From assembly GCA_031401755.1 (NCBI GenBank), contig JANNRU010000643.1:1-43940 (forward strand): a DNA stretch of 43,940 bases, given 5' to 3'. Of the stretch, positions 8,892-14,507 are shown piece by piece. Position 1 is the first letter of the stretch, and every line of letters starts with the position of its first letter. The notes beneath the pieces are model-generated. The model ran no database searches and was not told the DNA's origin. It saw only the letters and a program-made list of their open reading frames with translations. The translations under genes were made by a program, and so were the position numbers. Source of the DNA: Acidobacteriota bacterium. Lineage in GTDB: Bacteria; Acidobacteriota; Polarisedimenticolia; Polarisedimenticolales; Polarisedimenticolaceae.

Positions 8892-9938
8892 ATGAATCAG
8901 CGGATACTTCCTGGCGTCCTTGTCCTCGCACTTGCTTTCGCCGGTTGCGGCGGGTCCCCGACGGCGCCGAGCGAGTCCGGCCCCGCGGCGAGCGCGCCGT
9001 CCTCCGTCGTCGCCAAGATCGGCGAGGAGACGATCACCATGGCTCAACTGGAAGAGGCCGCCGGCAACGAGCTGCGCGAGCTGGCAAATCAGCGCTTCGA
9101 GCTGCTGCAGTCCACGCTCAACAACCTCGTTTCGCAGAAGCTCGTAGCCAAGGAGGCCGTGGCGCGCAGTATCTCCGAGCAGGACTTGTTCGCGGCCGAG
9201 GTTGCACAGAAGCTCCAGCCGCCCACCGAGCAAGAGGTGCAGGCTTTCTGGGAGCAGGTCAAGGGCAACGTCGGCGACCAGACCTTCGAATCGCTCAAGC
9301 CGCGCATCGAGGGCGAACTGAACAACCAGAAGCGCCAGGTCCGTGTTCGAGAGTTCCTCGAGGGCCTGCGGGCCGGGGCAAACGTTCAGATCATGCTCGA
9401 GCCGCCGCGAGCGGAGGTCGTCGTTCCGCCTGGCGAGCCCGCGCTCGGGCCGGAGAACGCGCCGATCACGATCGTCGAGTTCTCGGACTTCGATTGTCCG
9501 TTCTGTAAGGACACCTACGCTCCGATGGAGCGCGTGCTGGAGGAGTACAAGGGCAAGGTGCGATTCGTCTATCGCGACTTCCCCTTGGCCATGCACAAGC
9601 GGGCCATGCCCGCCTCACAGGCCGCTCGCTGTGCGCACGAGCAGGACAAGTACTGGATCTATTACCGGAGCCTCATGGAAATCAAAGGCGATCTCAGCGA
9701 CGAAGACCTGAAGAAGCGCGCCACCGACCTCAGCCTGGACATGACGAAATTCGAGGAGTGCTACGGCTCGAACCGCCACGCCGCCACGGTGCAGGCCGCG
9801 ATGGAGGATGCCAAGAAATTGGGCGTCACCGGGACCCCGACATTTTTCATCAACGGTCGCATGCTCGTCGGACGCCAAGGCTACGATCAGTTCAAGCAGA
9901 TCATCGAACAGGAACTGGCGACCTCGAAGCCCAGCTGA
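8892..9938 (+). CDS. DsbA-family thiol:disulfide oxidoreductase lipoprotein with an N-terminal chaperone-like helical region
   Basis: Lipobox LALAFAGC. Thioredoxin active site FSDFDCPFCKD. DsbA-like C-terminus GVTGTPTFFINGRMLVG. Confidence 0.85.
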   Translation: MNQRILPGVLVLALAFAGCGGSPTAPSESGPAASAPSSVVAKIGEETITMAQLEEAAGNELRELANQRFELLQSTLNNLVSQKLVAKEAVARSISEQDLFAAEVAQKLQPPTEQEVQAFWEQVKGNVGDQTFESLKPRIEGELNNQKRQVRVREFLEGLRAGANVQIMLEPPRAEVVVPPGEPALGPENAPITIVEFSDFDCPFCKDTYAPMERVLEEYKGKVRFVYRDFPLAMHKRAMPASQAARCAHEQDKYWIYYRSLMEIKGDLSDEDLKKRATDLSLDMTKFEECYGSNRHAATVQAAMEDAKKLGVTGTPTFFINGRMLVGRQGYDQFKQIIEQELATSKPS

Positions 9939-9961
9939 CCGCGCCGCAGTCTCTCGAAAAA

Positions 9962-10015
9962 CTTACCCCGCGGGGGCCGGAGCGACTAGGAACTCCGGCC
10001 CCCGGGCGGGGTAAG
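9962..10015. terminator. Long GC-rich hairpin between convergent genes (bidirectional terminator candidate)
   Basis: CTTACCCCGCGGGGGCCGGAG (9962-9982) pairs with CTCCGGCCCCCGGGCGGGGTAAG (9993-10015) with a 2-nt bulge and a 10-nt loop. There is no clear U-tract. Confidence 0.6.
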
Positions 10016-10034
10016 AGGGAGAGACCAAACGAGC

Positions 10035-10322
10035 CTAGCGTCGGGGCAGCGATCGCCCAGCGGTTGAGCCAGTCGTGACTACGACCTGTTTCAAGAAAAC
10101 TCTGACTCGATAGATCGCGCTCGATACGCGATCGGCGGTTCCGTTCGTAGTCAACGGATCATCGTGATCGCCGATGAGGCAGTTCGCAGGTCGAGGGACC
10201 CTAGACCGCTGTTCGGCGTTTTCGTCCATCGGTACACAGGGTTTCGCTATCTCCGTTGGGTCTGCACGAACGCTCAACCCAAGCATCAATACCATCAGGG
10301 TGCATGTCAACAATCGCGCCAT
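10035..10322 (-). CDS. Small secreted protein of unknown function (95 aa)
   Basis: The ATG at 10322 is preceded by GGAGGG about 8 nt upstream. Signal peptide MARLLTCTLMVLMLGLSVRA-DP. The mature part has 2 Cys. GC3 is lower than in neighbouring genes. No family recognised. Confidence 0.5.
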   Translation of the reverse strand: MARLLTCTLMVLMLGLSVRADPTEIAKPCVPMDENAEQRSRVPRPANCLIGDHDDPLTTNGTADRVSSAIYRVRVFLKQVVVTTGSTAGRSLPRR

Positions 10323-10442
10323 TGACTCTTCCCTCCTCGCTTCGAGCGACGTAGTGGGAGTTACGGCGAGAATGGCAATGTGCCAGCAAACCGCATTCAA
10401 TCGGTTGCAGGTCAGAAAGTTGTGTGTTGCGCGTTGGAAACG

Positions 10443-11627
10443 CTAGCTGGCCGACCGAGCAAGACTCGTCGCCACGCGGCGAAACTCGTCGAGTTCCGAG
10501 GCGTCCGTCGCGACCCAACTCGATAGACGGCGCAATCGACGCGCGAGCGCGCGACTCGCAGCAGCATCACCTACGGCTACCGAGTACTTGAAGAGCTGGA
10601 ACTCAGCCTTGAATTGCAGTGTTTTGTCGTTCAACTGCTTTGCAATCTCTGCGGCCTCCCGCCACAAATCGACTGCACGACTTGGATGACTCTCGATCAG
10701 CTCGATCTCGCCGAGTAGGATTCGACCAAGCGCGAGTGTTTTCCGCTGTTCCATCGCGCGCAGTCGCCGCTCCGCAACGCCAATCACTCGCCGAGCTGCT
10801 TTCAATCGTCCCAAGAGGACATAGGCTTGTCCGAGGTTCTGAAGCGCGCGCGCCATATCATTTTCACGACCCGCCGCTTTATGTGCTTCATGTGCTTTCT
10901 CAAAGTGCACCGCAGCGGACGCACCGTCGCCTAACGCTAGATCCACGTTCCCACGATTCGAGTACGCGTGTCCCAGGTGAGTGTGTTTCGGGTTGCTCTT
11001 GGCAGCGAGGATTGCTTGGTCAGCAAATTCCAGGGCTCGGTTAAGCTCCTTCAGGCGAAGGTAGCAAGACGAGACACGTTCCAAGATCTCGGGAATTCGT
11101 TGCGGATTCAGTCCCTCGTGCGAGTAAACGTGATTTACTTCGTGTAACGCGAATCTGTATCGCCCGAGTCGCATCGCGGTGGTGGCACAGTTTTGGGTCG
11201 TTACGAGTTGCTGTTCCTCGAAATCGCGGAACTCATCCAGTAGTTCGGCGCCAACGACGGCGAGCGCGTCACGGCAGTACGCATAGGCGTGCCATGTGTA
11301 TCCACCATTGATTGCTTGTTGGCTGAGGACGCGCAATTCCTGGAGAGTCTTGCCCGCGGTCTCGGGCCCGCCGATCCGGTCAACTTCAAGATCGAGTTCC
11401 ATTCGCTCTACGAGGGCATCCGCCGAAACCTCGTAGATCCGCGACAAGGGAATCGCCTTCGTCAGCGCAAGCCGCTGAAACCCGTTTTCGCAGCGTGAGA
11501 GGTAGCCTTTGCTGATGCGTTCGGCGAAGGGCTCCGAGCGCGAACAGACTTCGTTCAGGCTGAACCCGCGTCGGACCCGCAGGGCCTTGAGGTAGCGGCC
11601 AAAGGCGTGGATTGCATTTTCGGCCAT
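10443..11627 (-). CDS. XRE-family HTH transcription regulator fused to a TPR-like superhelical domain
   Basis: N-terminal HTH: FGRYLKALRVRRGFSLNEVCSRSEPFAERISKGYLSRCENG. About 300 aa of TPR-like repeats follow (e.g. ARALQNLGQAYVLLGRLKAARRV). SD is GAGGGA. G+C is visibly lower than in flanking genes. Confidence 0.8.
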   Translation of the reverse strand: MAENAIHAFGRYLKALRVRRGFSLNEVCSRSEPFAERISKGYLSRCENGFQRLALTKAIPLSRIYEVSADALVERMELDLEVDRIGGPETAGKTLQELRVLSQQAINGGYTWHAYAYCRDALAVVGAELLDEFRDFEEQQLVTTQNCATTAMRLGRYRFALHEVNHVYSHEGLNPQRIPEILERVSSCYLRLKELNRALEFADQAILAAKSNPKHTHLGHAYSNRGNVDLALGDGASAAVHFEKAHEAHKAAGRENDMARALQNLGQAYVLLGRLKAARRVIGVAERRLRAMEQRKTLALGRILLGEIELIESHPSRAVDLWREAAEIAKQLNDKTLQFKAEFQLFKYSVAVGDAAASRALARRLRRLSSWVATDASELDEFRRVATSLARSAS

Positions 11628-11750
11628 GACATCCCTCGCGTCCCGACAGTTATACCAGTGATTCGGGCCGCCTTGCGCGGTCCGGGGCGGCCACGAGACT
11701 CACGGCGTTCCCGTTCGCCAACTTCCGCGGGGCGCGGACGGCTACGGGGC

Positions 11751-11768
11751 GGTTGCGGATCGGCAACC
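11751..11768. promoter_or_regulatory. Palindromic operator candidate in the divergent regulator / Cys-rich-gene intergenic region
   Basis: GGTTGC-g-GATC-g-GCAACC: 6-bp perfect arms plus a palindromic GATC core. It lies between the divergently oriented genes at 11627 and 11917. Confidence 0.3.
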
Positions 11769-11916
11769 GGACCAGCGAGCAGAGCGTGCGTCCATGCGGC
11801 CGAGGTCTACGTTTTGATCCATGGAACGCAGGGGCAATCGATCCGCGATCCCAGAAGTTCGCGGCGTTGCGTCAGGCGGCTCCGGGTCCTGGCCCCTTCT
11901 CGAGTTTGGAGATCCG

Positions 11917-12243
11917 ATGGGTGTTGAACGCGATCGTCGATCGGTCCCTCGCCGTCTTCTACTGTCCCTCGCCGCGATGGCGATGGGATCGGGACTCAGT
12001 GCAGTACTGGCTCTGAGCGTCATCGGGGGTCCGGGAGGGTCCTCGCCCCCCGTTTCGTCTCCGGCTTGGCTAGACCTCTCGCGGTGCAATACGTATTGTC
12101 AGATGTACCACCTCGACCACGGTGACGTCCTCGGCTACAACACCTGTTACACCTGCGGCTGCCTCGTCGATGCAGCAGAGAACCACTCAGAGTTCGTTTC
12201 CGCGATGGCCCAGTGTCAGCGAGCCGCGCGAGCATCCTGGTGA
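11917..12243 (+). CDS. Small Cys-rich exported protein of unknown function (108 aa)
   Basis: The ATG at 11917 has GGAG 8 nt upstream. N-terminus RSVPRRLLLSLAAMAMGSGLSAVLALS looks like a twin-arginine-type signal. The C-terminal half carries six Cys (RCNTYC, NTCYTCGC, AQCQ). Confidence 0.5.
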   Translation: MGVERDRRSVPRRLLLSLAAMAMGSGLSAVLALSVIGGPGGSSPPVSSPAWLDLSRCNTYCQMYHLDHGDVLGYNTCYTCGCLVDAAENHSEFVSAMAQCQRAARASW

Positions 12244-12308
12244 TCGCCCGCGGCTCGGGGTCGTCCATTTCCAATCGGCCTGCGGATGGCAGGCGGGAGG
12301 CTAGGAAG

Positions 12309-12959
12309 ATGAATCGAAGGTTACATCGGCTCGGAGTCGTGCTCGCAATCGGTGGTCTCGCCACACTCGCAGGGAGGGCGGAACCCGGCGGCGAACCGCT
12401 CGTCGACGTCTACATGGACGGAACCGGAACGACCGCCGTGGACGCGGTCCTCAGATCCACGGCCAAGGTCGTGCTCGAGGATCTGCGGACGATCGATGAG
12501 ATTCCGGCCTCCGCGCGCCGGACCGTGGTCCCGGAGTCCCAGCGAGTTTCGCACCGCAACCCCGTCGGGGTCCGCGTGCCGGAGGGAACGCGGGAGGGCA
12601 GTCGAGCCTGGCTCGAGGCCGATCTGCTCCGTCGAGAGGACGCCGAAATCGTCCTGACTCACCACGACGCCACCCGGCACCAGTTCGTGATCGCCGGCTA
12701 CAGCTACCCGAAGGGGCCCGGTGAGGATCGGAGGCCGTGGATGGTCCTCTTCACACCGGAGTTCCTGCACGCCCGGGCCGAGTTTGCGATTCAGTCCTCC
12801 ACTGACGAGGCCGCGAGCCTGGCGCTCCGGGAGGTCGCGGGCCTGGACGGCGATCGGATCTACTTCAAAGCGGAGTCGGGCGATCGCAGGGACTTTCTCG
12901 TCTCGGCCCGCTACACGGTTCGCGGTGTGACACCTGAGGAGACTGTCTCGAGCCGATAA
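12309..12959 (+). CDS. Secreted protein of unknown function (216 aa)
   Basis: The ATG at 12309 has GGGAGG upstream. Signal peptide MNRRLHRLGVVLAIGGLATLAGRA-EP. GC3 is high throughout. No recognisable family. Confidence 0.6.
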   Translation: MNRRLHRLGVVLAIGGLATLAGRAEPGGEPLVDVYMDGTGTTAVDAVLRSTAKVVLEDLRTIDEIPASARRTVVPESQRVSHRNPVGVRVPEGTREGSRAWLEADLLRREDAEIVLTHHDATRHQFVIAGYSYPKGPGEDRRPWMVLFTPEFLHARAEFAIQSSTDEAASLALREVAGLDGDRIYFKAESGDRRDFLVSARYTVRGVTPEETVSSR

Positions 12960-12998
12960 TCGGCCCCATTTGGCTCGATCCGCAGCAAAATCCAACCT

Positions 12999-13032
12999 GT
13001 CCGGCGCTTAGGGGTGCTTCCCGGCGCCGGAC
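12999..13032 (+). terminator. Hairpin after the 216-aa gene (terminator candidate)
   Basis: GTCCGGCGC (12999-13007) pairs with GCGCCGGAC (13024-13032) across a 16-nt loop, followed by TCCTATATT. The T-tract is weak. Confidence 0.4.
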
Positions 13033-13130
13033 TCCTATATTCGGCCAAGAGACTGTCGCCGCGACGCGCGTGGCGGGCCTGGTATTCCCGCTGGCGGCCT
13101 TCAAGGTACCGGTCCGCGCGGGGGTGAAAC

Positions 13131-14507
13131 TTGGCTGTCGTCGACATCCCGACTCGCACGATCACGATCAAGGTCGTGTACTTCGGCTGCGCCCTCGGCG
13201 GGAAAACGACCAACCTCGCGACCCTCCACCGCTTGACCGATCCGGACGGCCACCAGGGCATGGTCTCGATCGCCACGAACGACGACCGGACCTTGTTCTT
13301 CGATCTGCTGCCGGTGGACCTCGGCCAGATTGGCGGTCTCAACGTCAAGGTCAAGCTCTACACCGTGCCGGGACAAGTTCACTACGAGTTGACGCGACGA
13401 CAGGTGCTCGGCGGTGCCGACGGCGTCGTTTTCGTCGCGGACTCGGCGCCGGAGGCGCAGAAGTCCAACGCCTGGGCGTTGGAGAATTTGCGCTTCAATC
13501 TTACCGAGCAAAAGCTCGACCCCGATCTCACGCCGATCGTTCTGCAGTACAACAAACGCGATCTCCCGAACGCCATTCCGATCGCGGAACTCGAGGCGAA
13601 TCTGAACCGTCGCGGGATTCCGCACACCGAAGGTGTGGCCACCACCGGTGTCGGCGTCGTCGATACGTTTGCCGAGATCCTCAAACGCTCGATCACGAGT
13701 GCCTGGGCCAAAGCCGGGCGCGGATCAGCCCAAGACGCCGGGATCGCCGAAAAAGTCGATCAGGCTCTCGCCATCGCGCGCTCGCGAACACCGGGTCCAT
13801 CCCAGGTGATGCGCACCGACTTCGAGAAGCGATTCGATATGGACGCCTACCGTGAAGGTGAAGCGGACCGCGGTCGCGACCGTCGTATCGTCGACCAGGA
13901 ATCGCTGCTGTCTGAATCGGTCCAGGCCAACATGATGATGGCCGAGCGGCTCGAGGGGCTGCGGAGCGCCAATGCGCTCGGCGCGCGTCGCGGCGAGATG
14001 ATGGACGCGCTGGCCAAGATCGCCCCAATGCTCGCCGACACCGCTTCGGAGACCCTGCCGCTCGGCTCGCTCAAGGTCATGCTTCACGGGGCGAAGCGCT
14101 CCGAGGGCGCCCTGTTCTTCACCAAGCCGAGAGAGCAGAGTCTGGTCGAGCGCGAAGTCGAGCCTGCCGGGCGCCACGATCCGTTGAACGCCCTCAACGT
14201 CGAAGGACTGGGAAGTCTGGCTTTCCGGTTGGCCCAGACCGCGACCGTGCGGGTGATCGATGATCTCGTCGGCGACGTGTTCTTCGCGGAGGTGCCGCCC
14301 TCCTGCCAGACGTTTGGCTCGCTGCTGATCGCACCCCTGGCCTGCGACGGAATGACGTTCGGTGCCTTGTTCGTCTACGGCCGTATCGATGAGTTGGGAT
14401 TCGACGAGACCGAGCAGCGATTCTGGGCCGCGGCCTCGAGCCTCTACGGCTTGGCGTTGCACTGGCGAGCCTTGCGCAAGAAAGTCTTGGAGTTCCAGGC
14501 TCAATGA
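13131..14507 (+). CDS. MglA-family Ras-like small GTPase fused to a C-terminal GAF-like domain (458 aa)
   Basis: Residues 1-190 match MglA along their whole length: IKVVYFGCALGGKTTNL (P-loop), DRTLFFD, LYTVPGQV, GVVFVADS, QYNKRDLP, TGVGVVDTF. The C-terminal ~160 aa are GAF-like (TFGSLLIAPLACDGMTFGALFVYGRIDELGFDETEQRFW). TTG start at 13131. Confidence 0.85.
   Translation: MAVVDIPTRTITIKVVYFGCALGGKTTNLATLHRLTDPDGHQGMVSIATNDDRTLFFDLLPVDLGQIGGLNVKVKLYTVPGQVHYELTRRQVLGGADGVVFVADSAPEAQKSNAWALENLRFNLTEQKLDPDLTPIVLQYNKRDLPNAIPIAELEANLNRRGIPHTEGVATTGVGVVDTFAEILKRSITSAWAKAGRGSAQDAGIAEKVDQALAIARSRTPGPSQVMRTDFEKRFDMDAYREGEADRGRDRRIVDQESLLSESVQANMMMAERLEGLRSANALGARRGEMMDALAKIAPMLADTASETLPLGSLKVMLHGAKRSEGALFFTKPREQSLVEREVEPAGRHDPLNALNVEGLGSLAFRLAQTATVRVIDDLVGDVFFAEVPPSCQTFGSLLIAPLACDGMTFGALFVYGRIDELGFDETEQRFWAAASSLYGLALHWRALRKKVLEFQAQ

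Noticed and set aside
10323-10442. TGGCAC motif (minus strand) between the XRE-TPR gene and the small secreted ORF, considered as a sigma54 promoter
   Set aside because: The following TTGC lies only 1 nt after TGGCAC instead of 5, so the GG-N10-GC geometry is not met.
12309-12959. Possibility that the 216-aa ORF upstream of the MglA-like gene is the missing MglB
   Set aside because: It has a cleavable signal peptide and is therefore exported. It has no resemblance to the ~160-aa cytoplasmic Roadblock/LC7 pattern, and a hairpin separates it from the GTPase gene.
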